Shown piece after piece: positions 28,113 through 37,098 of a stretch of DNA of 64,000 nucleotides (positions are counted from its first letter, which is position 1; every line of letters begins with the position of its first letter). Origin of the DNA: an uncultured Acidobacteriota bacterium (GTDB lineage: Bacteria > Acidobacteriota > Thermoanaerobaculia > Multivoradales > UBA5704); NCBI GenBank assembly GCA_963700145.1, contig OY969474.1, positions 1,440,001 through 1,504,000 of the forward strand, in the 5' to 3' direction. Below the pieces are notes generated by a model. That model had not been told where the DNA came from. It was given only the letters and a program-made list of their open reading frames with translations, and ran no database searches. The position numbers and the translations under genes were made by a program.

Positions 28113-31100
28113 ATGTTTTCGATCCGCCGTACCCTGACGTCCTGCTGTCTGCTCGCCTTCTTCGCCGCCCTTCCTCTGGCGGCGCAGCCCCTTCCCTGCC
28201 GGCCGTGCGCCGGCCTGCGCGTCGAGACGGCGTTCGCCGGCGAGGCGCTGGAGGCGTTGGCCGGGGCGCTCCCGGCCGGCGCCGACGCGACCGTCGTCCT
28301 CGCCTGGGAGGCGCCGCTCGACGGCTCCGCCGACTTGGCGCCCCTCGAGCGCGCGGCGGCCCTGGCGCCCCCTCCGGCTCCCGTCCCGGCGGCCGCCCCG
28401 CCAGCGCCCGCCGCCCCGGCGCCGCGGCTCATCCCCTGGCTCACACTCCCCTTCCGCACCCCGTCGCCCCTGGCGCAGCAGGCGGTGCGGCTGCAAGGCG
28501 AGCTGGACGCGGTGTCGCGCCTGGCCGCCGCGGCGCCGCCCGGCACCTTCTTCCAGATCGCCTGGCGGCCGGAAGGGCTCGAGGCGGCGCCGCTCGACTT
28601 CGCCGAGTACGCCTTCCTGCTCAAGCGGGCGGCGGTGGCGGTGACCGGTGCGCGACCGGACGGCCGGGTGGTCACCCAGCCTCTGCGCGCCGGCGCCGAG
28701 GCGGTCGAAGCGCTGTACGCGCAAGAGGTTGCGGCCTACCTCGAGGCGGTCGCGGTGCTTCCGGGCAGGCCCGAAGCGGTCGCGGCCACCGCCGAAGCGG
28801 TCGAGCGGCTGGACCCCGGGCGGCTGGTGGTTCTGGACGCGCCGCCGCTGCCGGACGATCCGCAGACTCTCCCGGCCGAAGCGGCCCGCTGGGCCGTCCG
28901 CGGGGTGTCGCTGGTCCTGTTTCGGGTAGAAAGGGAACAATCGGAGCCCGCGGAAGGCTCCGAAGGGGCTGCGGAAGCTTCCCCGGCGCCTCCGGAAGCT
29001 TCCGCTCCTGCTCCGGAAGCTTCCGTACCTCCTGCGGAAGCTTCCGCTTCGCCTCCGGAAGCTTCCGTACCGCCTCGGGAAGCTTCCGCTTCACCTCCGG
29101 AAGCTTCCGTACCTCCCCGGGAAGCTTCCGCTCCGCCTCCGGAAGCTTCCGCTCCCCCCCGGGAAGCTTCCCTACCCGCTCCGGAAGCTTCCGCACCGTC
29201 TCCGAAAGCCTCCGCGGCGCCCGGGGAGCCTCTCTCCCTACCTGAATCCTTCTTCCAGGCCCTCACCCCCCTCTCCGTCCTGGCCCGGGAGTTCGCCGGA
29301 GATCTTTCTTACGATCCCACTTCGTCTCCGCAAGGCTCCGGCGAGGCCTGGGCCTTCGTGCGCGGGGAGGACCTCGCCCTCCGGGTCATCGCCGTCACCC
29401 CCGCCGCGCCGCAGGTCGACCTCCGCTTCCCCGACCCGCTGCTCGGCAGCCCGGTGATCGTGGACGCCCCGACCGGCCGCACCGTCGAGGCGGCGGGCAA
29501 CCGGGTGGGGGGCGCCTACGTCGTCCGCCTCTACCAGCCCCGCCCGGTGACCCTCCTCCGGCTCGAGCGGGTGGAGCAGGTCGAGCTCGAGGCGGTCAAG
29601 GAGAGGGTCACCGTCGCCGGCGAGCGGGAGGTCCCCGTCGAGGAGATCCTCCGCCGCCTCCAGGCCTTCGAGGACGCCCAGGCGCGCCGCCTCCTCAACT
29701 ACCGCGCCGTCAACACCACCCACCTCCGCTTCCAGGTCGGGGCCAGCTCGCAGAGCTTCGAGGCGACGCTCCAGGGGCCGTTCTTCTGGACCCCGGCGAG
29801 CGGCGCCGACTGGGTCTGGCAGGACCTCTTCGTCAACGGCGTCCGCTGGCGCGCCAAGACGATCCCCGAGATCCCGCTGGTGCAGCCGGAGAAGGCGGCG
29901 GCCATGCCGCTCGAGATCCACTTCACCCGCCAGTACCGCTACCGCCTGCGCGGCAGCGAAAAGATCGACGGCCGCGACGGCTGGGTGGTGGACTTCGCCC
30001 CGACCGCCCTCGAGACCGGGGAGGGGGGCAAGCTCTACCAGGGCACTGTCTGGGTGGACAAGCAGCTCTCCTCGCGCCTGCGCACCCGCGCCGTGCAGGT
30101 GGGGCTCGAAGGGGAGGTCATCTCGAACGAGGAGACCCTCCACTACACGCCGATCGACGCCGAGGGGCGGGCCGCGCCCTGGGGGGCAGCGGGGAGCTTC
30201 GTCCTGCCGCTGCGCATCCTGGCGCAGCAGATCCTCTCGGTCGTCAACGCGGCGACGGTCGTCGAGCGCGAGACCAACCTGACCGAGGTCAAGGTCAACG
30301 ACCCCGGGTTCGAGCAGGCGCGGCAGGCGGCCGCGGAGTCGGACCTGACGATGGTGCGCGACACGCCGCAGGGGCTGCGCTACCTGGTCAAGGACGAGGC
30401 GACCGGCGAGCGGGTGGTCAAGGAGGGCTTCGACAGCAACAAGCTGTTCCTCCTGGGCGGCCTCTTCTACGACGACGCCCTCGACTTCCCGCTGCCTCTG
30501 GCCGGCATCAACTACTTCTCCTTCGACTTCCGCGGCACGGGCCAGCAGGTCAACGCCTTCTTCGGCGGCGCTCTCCTGACCGTGGACGTCGCCGAGCCGC
30601 GCCTTTTCGGCAGCCGCTTCGACGCCGGCGCCGACTTCTTCGCCCTGGCGGTGCCGCTCGCCGACACCGTCTGGCGCGACGACGACGAGGTGCACGAGGA
30701 GGAGGTCGAGACCCGCTCGGGCAACGTCGGCTTCAAGCTCGGCCGGCCGCTCGGGAACTTCGTCAAGGTCTCGTCGGAGTACACGCTCGCCCACCACGAC
30801 TACGGCACGACCGACAACACCATCGCCGGCTTCGTCCCCCCCGGCAACCACCTGACGCACTCGCTGCAGCTCAACGGCCGCTTCGCCCGCGCGGGCTGGC
30901 GCGTCGGGTTGGAGGGGAGCCTGCACCGCCGCTCGGAGTGGGAGCCCTGGGGGCTGCCGGGGAACCCCGACTACTTCGCCGAGGCGCAGGACTACTCGCT
31001 CTGGGGGGCGACGCTGTCGAAGAACTGGTACCTGCCCTACTTCCAGAAGATCGGCGCCGAGGTGAACTACCTGGGCGGCTCCGACCTCGACCGCTTCTCG

Positions 31101-31421
31101 AAGTACGAGTTCGGCTTCTTCGGCGCCAGCCGCGTCCACGGCTACCAGAGCGACCGCGTGCGGGCGACCGAGGTCACCGCCGGGCACCTCTCCTACGGCT
31201 TCGAGATCGGCGAGGCCTTCCGCCTGGAAGCGGTGGCCGACGCGGCGCTCGCCACCGACGAGGACGCCGGCCTCGACCAGGAGCTGCTCGCCGGCATCGG
31301 CGTCAACGGCACCTTCCTCGGCCCCTGGCAGACGGTCGTCAACCTCGACCTGGGCGTCCCGGTGCAGGGGCCGGACGACGGCTTCGTCCTCTACGTCGTG
31401 TTCCTCAAGCTCTTCCGATGA
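28113..31421 (+). CDS. Large secreted/outer-membrane multidomain protein (MucB/LolA-like middle, probable C-terminal beta-barrel)
   Basis: Signal peptide; YRYRLRG...WVVDF.P...YQGTVWVD; amphipathic beta strands ending VVFLKLFR. Start 28113 or 28101. Confidence 0.7.
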   Translation: MFSIRRTLTSCCLLAFFAALPLAAQPLPCRPCAGLRVETAFAGEALEALAGALPAGADATVVLAWEAPLDGSADLAPLERAAALAPPPAPVPAAAPPAPAAPAPRLIPWLTLPFRTPSPLAQQAVRLQGELDAVSRLAAAAPPGTFFQIAWRPEGLEAAPLDFAEYAFLLKRAAVAVTGARPDGRVVTQPLRAGAEAVEALYAQEVAAYLEAVAVLPGRPEAVAATAEAVERLDPGRLVVLDAPPLPDDPQTLPAEAARWAVRGVSLVLFRVEREQSEPAEGSEGAAEASPAPPEASAPAPEASVPPAEASASPPEASVPPREASASPPEASVPPREASAPPPEASAPPREASLPAPEASAPSPKASAAPGEPLSLPESFFQALTPLSVLAREFAGDLSYDPTSSPQGSGEAWAFVRGEDLALRVIAVTPAAPQVDLRFPDPLLGSPVIVDAPTGRTVEAAGNRVGGAYVVRLYQPRPVTLLRLERVEQVELEAVKERVTVAGEREVPVEEILRRLQAFEDAQARRLLNYRAVNTTHLRFQVGASSQSFEATLQGPFFWTPASGADWVWQDLFVNGVRWRAKTIPEIPLVQPEKAAAMPLEIHFTRQYRYRLRGSEKIDGRDGWVVDFAPTALETGEGGKLYQGTVWVDKQLSSRLRTRAVQVGLEGEVISNEETLHYTPIDAEGRAAPWGAAGSFVLPLRILAQQILSVVNAATVVERETNLTEVKVNDPGFEQARQAAAESDLTMVRDTPQGLRYLVKDEATGERVVKEGFDSNKLFLLGGLFYDDALDFPLPLAGINYFSFDFRGTGQQVNAFFGGALLTVDVAEPRLFGSRFDAGADFFALAVPLADTVWRDDDEVHEEEVETRSGNVGFKLGRPLGNFVKVSSEYTLAHHDYGTTDNTIAGFVPPGNHLTHSLQLNGRFARAGWRVGLEGSLHRRSEWEPWGLPGNPDYFAEAQDYSLWGATLSKNWYLPYFQKIGAEVNYLGGSDLDRFSKYEFGFFGASRVHGYQSDRVRATEVTAGHLSYGFEIGEAFRLEAVADAALATDEDAGLDQELLAGIGVNGTFLGPWQTVVNLDLGVPVQGPDDGFVLYVVFLKLFR
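28953..29233. repeat. 21-bp-period GGAAGCTTCC array inside the CDS (EASxPPx heptads)
   Basis: 11 perfect cores at 28974...29184 plus degenerate flanking units at 28953, 29205 and 29226. Confidence 0.96.
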
Positions 31422-31738
31422 GCGGCCGGCGCGAGGACGACGAGGAGGACGCCGGCTGGGGCTGGAAGGACGAGCCGGTCGAGCTCGAGATCCGCGACGT
31501 CCTCGACCTCCACAGCTTCCGCCCCGACGAGGTCCCCGACCTGGTGCGCGACTACCTCGACAACGCCTGGCAGCACGGCCTCAAGCAGGTCCGCATCATC
31601 CACGGCCGCGGCACCGGCGTGCAGCGGCAGACGGTGCGCACCTTGGCCGGCCGCGACCCCCACGTCGAAGCCTACGGCGACGCCCCCCCCGAAGCCGGCG
31701 GCTGGGGGGCGACGTGGGTGCGGTTCCTGCGGCGGTAG
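31418..31738 (+). CDS. Stand-alone Smr-domain protein
   Basis: LDLHSF, RIIHGRGTG, GGWGATWV; ATGA overlap. Confidence 0.92.
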   Translation: MSGRREDDEEDAGWGWKDEPVELEIRDVLDLHSFRPDEVPDLVRDYLDNAWQHGLKQVRIIHGRGTGVQRQTVRTLAGRDPHVEAYGDAPPEAGGWGATWVRFLRR

Positions 31739-31747
31739 GCTCGCCGC

Positions 31748-33517
31748 ATGAGGCGCTCGTTGCGGCGGCTGGCACACGCGGTGCGGCCGCGGCGGGTGGA
31801 GCTGGTTTACGACGAGCGGTACGCCGTCGAGCTGCCGGGGACGCTTCACGATCCGCTGCGCGGCGAGCGGATCCTCGCGTTCCTCGGCGACGAGGGGCTG
31901 GTCGACGCGAAGAAGGTGCTGCGGCCGGAGCCGGCTTCTTACCGCGACCTGCTGCGCGTCCACGGCGCCGAGTACCTGGAGTCGCTCCACCGGCCGGGCG
32001 GGCTCGACCGGCTGCTCGGCATGCCGCTCGCCGAGCCGCTGCAGGAGCGCTTCCTCGAAGCGCAGCGGACGGCGGCCGGCGGCACCGTGCTGGCCGCGCA
32101 GCGCGCGCTCGCCCGCCGCGGCGCCGCCGTCAACCTGGGCGGCGGCCTCCACCACGCCTTCGCCGACCGCGGCGAGCGGCTCTGCGCCTACAACGACGTC
32201 GCCGTGGCGCTCGCCGAGCGCCGCGCCGCCGGCTTCAGCGGGCGGGCGCTGGTCGTCGACCTCGACCTCCACGATCCTGACGGCCTGCGCGCCCTCCTCG
32301 CCGCCGATCCGGCCGCCCATATCTTTTCCATCCACGCCCGCTCCGCCGAGGAGTCCGGCCCGGACGCCACTTACGTCTCGCTCGGCGACGGCGTCGAGGA
32401 CGCGGTCTACCTCGACGCCCTGCGCCGCCACCTGCCGGAGGTCCTCGCCCGCTTCCCGCCCGACCTGGCCTTCTTCCTCGCCGGCGCCGACCCCGCCGCG
32501 GACGACGAGCTGGGCTCCTGGAAGCTCTCGGCCGAAGGGCTCCTGGAGCGCGACCGCGCCGTCTTCGCGGCGCTGCGCGGCGTGCCGCTCGTCGTGCTCC
32601 TGGCCGGCGGCTACGGCCCGGGGGCCTGGCGCTACCCGGCGCGCTCGCTTGCCTGGCTGCTCGGCGGGCGGGCCCTCGAGCCGCCGACGACCGCCGAGAC
32701 GGTCCTCAACCGCTACCGCCGCCTGACCAGCGCCGCGGAGCCGCGGCCGGAGGGCGAGGAGTGGGCGCTCCGCCCCGACGACCTCGACGCCGCGGCCGGC
32801 GGCTTCGCGCCGCCGCGCCGCCTCCTCGGCGCCTTTTCGCGCGAGGCGCTGGAGCTGCTCCTCGAGCGCGCCGGCCTGCTCGAGCGCCTGCGGGCGCGCG
32901 GCTTCACCCGCCCCACCCTCGACCTCGAGGTCGGCGGGCCGGCTGGCGACACCCTCCGCCTCTGGGGGGACGAACGGCGGCGCGAGCTCCTCCTCGAGCT
33001 GCGCCTGTCGCGCGACCGCCGCACCCTGCCCGGCTTCGATCTCCTACGCCTCGAGTGGCTGCTCCTCCAGGACCCGCGCAGCCCCTTCACGCCGCAGCGC
33101 CCGCCGCTGCCGGGGCAGCGCCACCCCGGGCTCGGGCTGTTGCAGGACGTGGCGGCGCTGCTGATCCTCGCCGGCGAGCGGCTGCAGCTCGACGGGCTGG
33201 TCTTCGTCCCCTCGCACTACCACCTGGCGAGCCAGGGGAAGCGCTGGCTGCGCTTCGTCGATGCCGCCGAGGAGGGGCGCTTCCGCGCCCTCCAGGAAGC
33301 GCTGCGCGGAGTGCCGCTGGCCGAGGCGACCCACGCGGTCGAAAGCGGGCGGGTGGTGGAGGCGGACGGCGCGCCGTTCGTCTGGCGGCCGGCGCCGATG
33401 GTGCTGCCGCTCAGTGCGGCGCTGCGCGATCGGGTGGGCGGCGAGGAGTACGAGGACCGCGCCGCAGCCGCGGCGGCGGGCCACCGCCCGGCGCTGCGCG
33501 GGGGCGCGGCGGCGTAG
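31748..33517 (+). CDS. Histone deacetylase-family protein with C-terminal extension domain
   Basis: GGGLHHA, DLDLH, AGAD...D.LG, LAGGY. Confidence 0.88.
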   Translation: MRRSLRRLAHAVRPRRVELVYDERYAVELPGTLHDPLRGERILAFLGDEGLVDAKKVLRPEPASYRDLLRVHGAEYLESLHRPGGLDRLLGMPLAEPLQERFLEAQRTAAGGTVLAAQRALARRGAAVNLGGGLHHAFADRGERLCAYNDVAVALAERRAAGFSGRALVVDLDLHDPDGLRALLAADPAAHIFSIHARSAEESGPDATYVSLGDGVEDAVYLDALRRHLPEVLARFPPDLAFFLAGADPAADDELGSWKLSAEGLLERDRAVFAALRGVPLVVLLAGGYGPGAWRYPARSLAWLLGGRALEPPTTAETVLNRYRRLTSAAEPRPEGEEWALRPDDLDAAAGGFAPPRRLLGAFSREALELLLERAGLLERLRARGFTRPTLDLEVGGPAGDTLRLWGDERRRELLLELRLSRDRRTLPGFDLLRLEWLLLQDPRSPFTPQRPPLPGQRHPGLGLLQDVAALLILAGERLQLDGLVFVPSHYHLASQGKRWLRFVDAAEEGRFRALQEALRGVPLAEATHAVESGRVVEADGAPFVWRPAPMVLPLSAALRDRVGGEEYEDRAAAAAAGHRPALRGGAAA

Positions 33518-34331
33518 GCAGCCGGCGCTCGAGGCGCCGGGCGCGGAGCGCCGCGGCCTCGGCCTGGAGCGGCCGGCCGGCGGCGGCGAGCGCGGCCGCG
33601 AGGCGGCGGTGGAGGCTGGCGGCGAGCGGCGGGTCGGCGGCGGGGCCGAGCCGCCGCAGCGCGCGCTCGAGGAGGCGCAGGGCGCGGTCCGGCTCCCCGA
33701 TCTCGTTGCGGACCTCGGCGGCGGCGAGCAGGACGCCGGCCTCCAGCTCCCGCTCGTCCAGCCGGCGGTAGGTCGCCGCGGCGCTGCGCAGCAGGTCGAG
33801 GGCCTCGGCCGGCCGCCCCTGCGCCTGCCGCAGCCGCGCCGCCAGCGCGAAGAGCTGCGCCCGCTCCATGCAGTCGCCGGTGCCGCGGCGCAGGTAGGCG
33901 GCGGCGGCGGCGAACGCCGCTTCGGCGCCGGCGAGGTCGCCGCCGCGGCGCCGGGCGTCGGCGAGCTGGCCCCAGGCGCGGGCGCGGAAGTCTTCCAGCA
34001 CGGCTTCGCCGTAGAGCGCCGGGTCGAGCGCGTCGAGCCCGACCAGCACCAGCCGCGCCAGCGCCGCGTCGGCCGCGGGCTCGCCGTCGCCGCCGCCGCG
34101 CAGCAGCAGCTCGCAGAGCGCCAGGCTGCGGAAACGGCCGCTGTTGCGCAGCAGCAGCTCCCACCGCTCCGGCGGGTGGCGGCGCAGCGCGTCGAGGAGG
34201 TAGGGGGCCGCGGCGCGCTCGCGGGCCATCGCCAGCAGGCGCGGCGTGCAGGCGCGCAGCAGGCCGTCGATCGCCGTGCCGTAGTCGCCGGCCGCCTGCA
34301 GCTCCTCCCTCTTCGAGCGGTGCTCGGTCAT
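33411..34331 (-). CDS. TPR-like helical hypothetical protein
   Basis: RARAWGQLADARR..GDLAGAE repeat-like helices. The 3' end overlaps the HDAC gene by 107 bp. Confidence 0.65.
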   Translation of the reverse strand: MTEHRSKREELQAAGDYGTAIDGLLRACTPRLLAMARERAAAPYLLDALRRHPPERWELLLRNSGRFRSLALCELLLRGGGDGEPAADAALARLVLVGLDALDPALYGEAVLEDFRARAWGQLADARRRGGDLAGAEAAFAAAAAYLRRGTGDCMERAQLFALAARLRQAQGRPAEALDLLRSAAATYRRLDERELEAGVLLAAAEVRNEIGEPDRALRLLERALRRLGPAADPPLAASLHRRLAAALAAAGRPLQAEAAALRARRLERRLPTPPRPRAAPGGGPPPRLRRGPRTPRRPPDRAAPH

Positions 34332-34456
34332 CCCCTCCTCCGCCGGCGCGCCTCGCGCGCTCGCGCCTTCGTCTCTCTACTAAAGTCTCCGCCGGCCGGG
34401 AATCCGGGACACCCCGCCGGGGCCCGGGCTGCTACCATGCCGCGGCGACTCACCCG

Positions 34457-35893
34457 ATGACCCGAAGCGTCAGCTTCCCCCTCTGGCTGGCGGCGTTGCT
34501 CGTCCTCCTCGCCGCCTGGGCGGCCCTCGACCGGCTGCTCGTCCCCAGCGTGCGCTGGTACCTGCGGCGGCGGGTCAACCGCCTGATCGACGAGGTCAAC
34601 GCCCGCCTGCGGCTGGAGATCCGCCCCTTCCAGCGCACCCGCCGCCGCGTGCTCATCGAGCGGCTGACCTACGACCCGAAGGTCTTGCAGGCGGCCGAGG
34701 CCCACGCCCAGGAGTCCGGCATGCCGCGCGAGGTGGCGCTCGGACGCGTCGAGCGCTACGCGCGCGAGATCGTGCCGGCCTTCAACGCCTACGTCTACTT
34801 CCGTCTCGGCTACCGGCTGGCGCGCGGCGCGGCGCGCCTGCTCTACCGCGTCCGGCTCGGCTTCTCCGACGAGGCGGGCCTGGCGGCGATCGAGCCCGGG
34901 GCGACGGTCGTCTTCCTGATGAACCACCGCAGCAACATGGACTACATCCTGGTCGCCTACCTCGCCGCCGACCGCACGACGCTCTCCTACGCCGTCGGCG
35001 AGTGGGCGCGGGTCTGGCCGCTGCAGACCCTGGTGCGCTCGATGGGCGCTTACTTCGTGCGCCGCAACTCGCGCGACCCGCTCTACCGGCGCGTCCTCGA
35101 GCGCTACGTCCACATGGCGACCGAAGGCGGAGTGACCCAGGCGGTCTACCCCGAAGGGGGCCTGTCGCGCGACGGGCGGCTGCGGCCGCCGAAGCTCGGC
35201 CTGCTCGATTACATGCTGCGCGGCTTCGACCCGCGCGGCGAGCGCGACCTGGTCTTCGTGCCGGTGGGGATCAACTACGACCGCGTGCTGGAGGACCGGA
35301 CGCTGCTGCTCGACCTGGACCCGGCGGCGAAGCGCGGCGGCGCGCGCGAGGCCCTGGCCAACACGCTCCGCTTCGCCGGCCGCAACCTGGCGCTCGTGGC
35401 GCGCCGGCGCTGGCACCGCTTCGGCTACGCCTGCGCCAACTTCGGCACGCCGGTGTCGATGCGCCGCTGGCTGGGCGGCCGCGGGCTCGACCTGCGCGGC
35501 CTCGCCAAGGAGGAGCGGGCGGCGCACCTCGAGCGGCTGGGCGGCGAGCTCATGGCCGGGGTCGGGGCGGTCATCCCGGTGCTGCCGGTGCCGCTCGTCG
35601 CGACGGTGCTGCTCGCCGCCGGCGAGCCGCTCTCCGAGCTGGAGGTCAAGGCGCGCGCCCACCGGCGAATGGCCCAGCTCGAGGCCGCCGGCGCCCACGT
35701 CTACATCCCCCGCAAGGACCAGGACTACGCCGTGACCGCCGGCCTCCGCGCCCTGGTCGAGCGCCACCTCGCGACCTGCCGCGACGGCCTCTACGCCGCC
35801 GACCCCGCCGAGCTCCCCCTCCTCCGCTACTACGCCAACTCGATCGCGCACCTGGACGCCGCGGCCGCGAACCCTCGCCCCGCCGCCGCGTAG
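34457..35893 (+). CDS. Glycerol-3-phosphate acyltransferase (PlsB-like)
   Basis: NHRSNMD (HX4D), GAYFVRR, YPEGGLSRDG, VPVGINYD. Confidence 0.9.
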   Translation: MTRSVSFPLWLAALLVLLAAWAALDRLLVPSVRWYLRRRVNRLIDEVNARLRLEIRPFQRTRRRVLIERLTYDPKVLQAAEAHAQESGMPREVALGRVERYAREIVPAFNAYVYFRLGYRLARGAARLLYRVRLGFSDEAGLAAIEPGATVVFLMNHRSNMDYILVAYLAADRTTLSYAVGEWARVWPLQTLVRSMGAYFVRRNSRDPLYRRVLERYVHMATEGGVTQAVYPEGGLSRDGRLRPPKLGLLDYMLRGFDPRGERDLVFVPVGINYDRVLEDRTLLLDLDPAAKRGGAREALANTLRFAGRNLALVARRRWHRFGYACANFGTPVSMRRWLGGRGLDLRGLAKEERAAHLERLGGELMAGVGAVIPVLPVPLVATVLLAAGEPLSELEVKARAHRRMAQLEAAGAHVYIPRKDQDYAVTAGLRALVERHLATCRDGLYAADPAELPLLRYYANSIAHLDAAAANPRPAAA

Positions 35894-35901
35894 AAGGGTT
35901 G

Positions 35902-37056
35902 ATGGCCGCCCCCTCCTCCTCCCGCCGCGGGCCCCGCGCCGTGCGCCGCGTCGACGACTTCGTGCGCTCCTACACCAAGGGGTTCTCGAAGAAGGACTTC
36001 CAGCGTCTCTTCGACCGCGACGCGGCGCGCGCCTACTCCGTCCTCACTCGCGACCAGGACCTCGGGCCGGAGCCGAAGGCGGGCTTCCGGCAGTTCGTCC
36101 ACCGCGCCCGCATGATCTTCCTCGGCCTCTCCTACAAGCTCTCGCCGGCGCGGCGCGTCCTCTTCGCCGTCGCCCTCGTCCTGGCGCTCGTCGCGACCTT
36201 CCCCGATATCGAATGGAGCGGCAGCGGCGAGCGCGTCCACTTCTCCATCGACGGCTCGCCGACGTTCTACCTGCTCAGCGTCGGGTTCCTGATCTTCCTG
36301 CTGGCGCTCGAGCTGGTCGACCGGGTGCGGGTGCGCGACGAGCTGGAGGTGGCGCGGCAGCTCCAGGCCGACCTCCTGCCGCGCGACCTGGCCGCGGTCG
36401 CGGGGTACCGGTTCGCGCACTCTTACCGCACCGCCAACGAAGTGGGCGGCGACTACTACGACGTGACGCCGCTGCCGGACGGCCGGCTGGCGCTGTCGGT
36501 CGGCGACGCCAGCGGCCACGGCATCGCGGCGGGGCTGGTGATGGCGATCGCCAACGCCACCCTCAAGACGGCGCTCGACCTCGACCCGGCACCGTCCCTC
36601 GTGCTGCGGGTGATGAACCGCACCCTCTGCCGCACCGGCGGCAAGCGCACCTTCATGAGCCTCTTCTACGCCCTCCTGGACCCGGAGACCGGGCGGCTGG
36701 ACTACGTCTGCGCCGGCCACCCCTACCCGCTGCTGCGGCGGGCGGACGGCACGGTCGAGGAGCTGGGGTGCGGCTCTCTGCCGCTCGGCCTGCGCGAGCC
36801 GCTGGAGGTGCCGGTCTTCACCGCCCGCCTCGAGCCCGGGGACCTCCTCCTGCTCTTCACCGACGGCCTCGTCGAGGCCACCCGCGGCGAGGCCGGCGAG
36901 GCCTTCGGCTTCGAGCGCCTGGCGGCCGTCGTCGCCGCCGGCGGCGCCCCGCAGCGCGTCCACGACGCCGCCCTCCGCGCCTTCGACGCCCACGTCGGCG
37001 AGGAGCCGTTGCGCGACGACCTGACGCTGCTGGTGCTCGGCAGGCTGCCGGAGTAG
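35902..37056 (+). CDS. Membrane-anchored SpoIIE/RsbU-type PP2C phosphatase
   Basis: Two TMs; EVGGDYYD, GDASGHG, AGH, FTDGLVE, DDLTL. Confidence 0.92.
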   Translation: MAAPSSSRRGPRAVRRVDDFVRSYTKGFSKKDFQRLFDRDAARAYSVLTRDQDLGPEPKAGFRQFVHRARMIFLGLSYKLSPARRVLFAVALVLALVATFPDIEWSGSGERVHFSIDGSPTFYLLSVGFLIFLLALELVDRVRVRDELEVARQLQADLLPRDLAAVAGYRFAHSYRTANEVGGDYYDVTPLPDGRLALSVGDASGHGIAAGLVMAIANATLKTALDLDPAPSLVLRVMNRTLCRTGGKRTFMSLFYALLDPETGRLDYVCAGHPYPLLRRADGTVEELGCGSLPLGLREPLEVPVFTARLEPGDLLLLFTDGLVEATRGEAGEAFGFERLAAVVAAGGAPQRVHDAALRAFDAHVGEEPLRDDLTLLVLGRLPE

Positions 37057-37098
37057 GATCGGCGCCAGCCAACCGCTTCTCGAAAGGGGCAAACCCGC

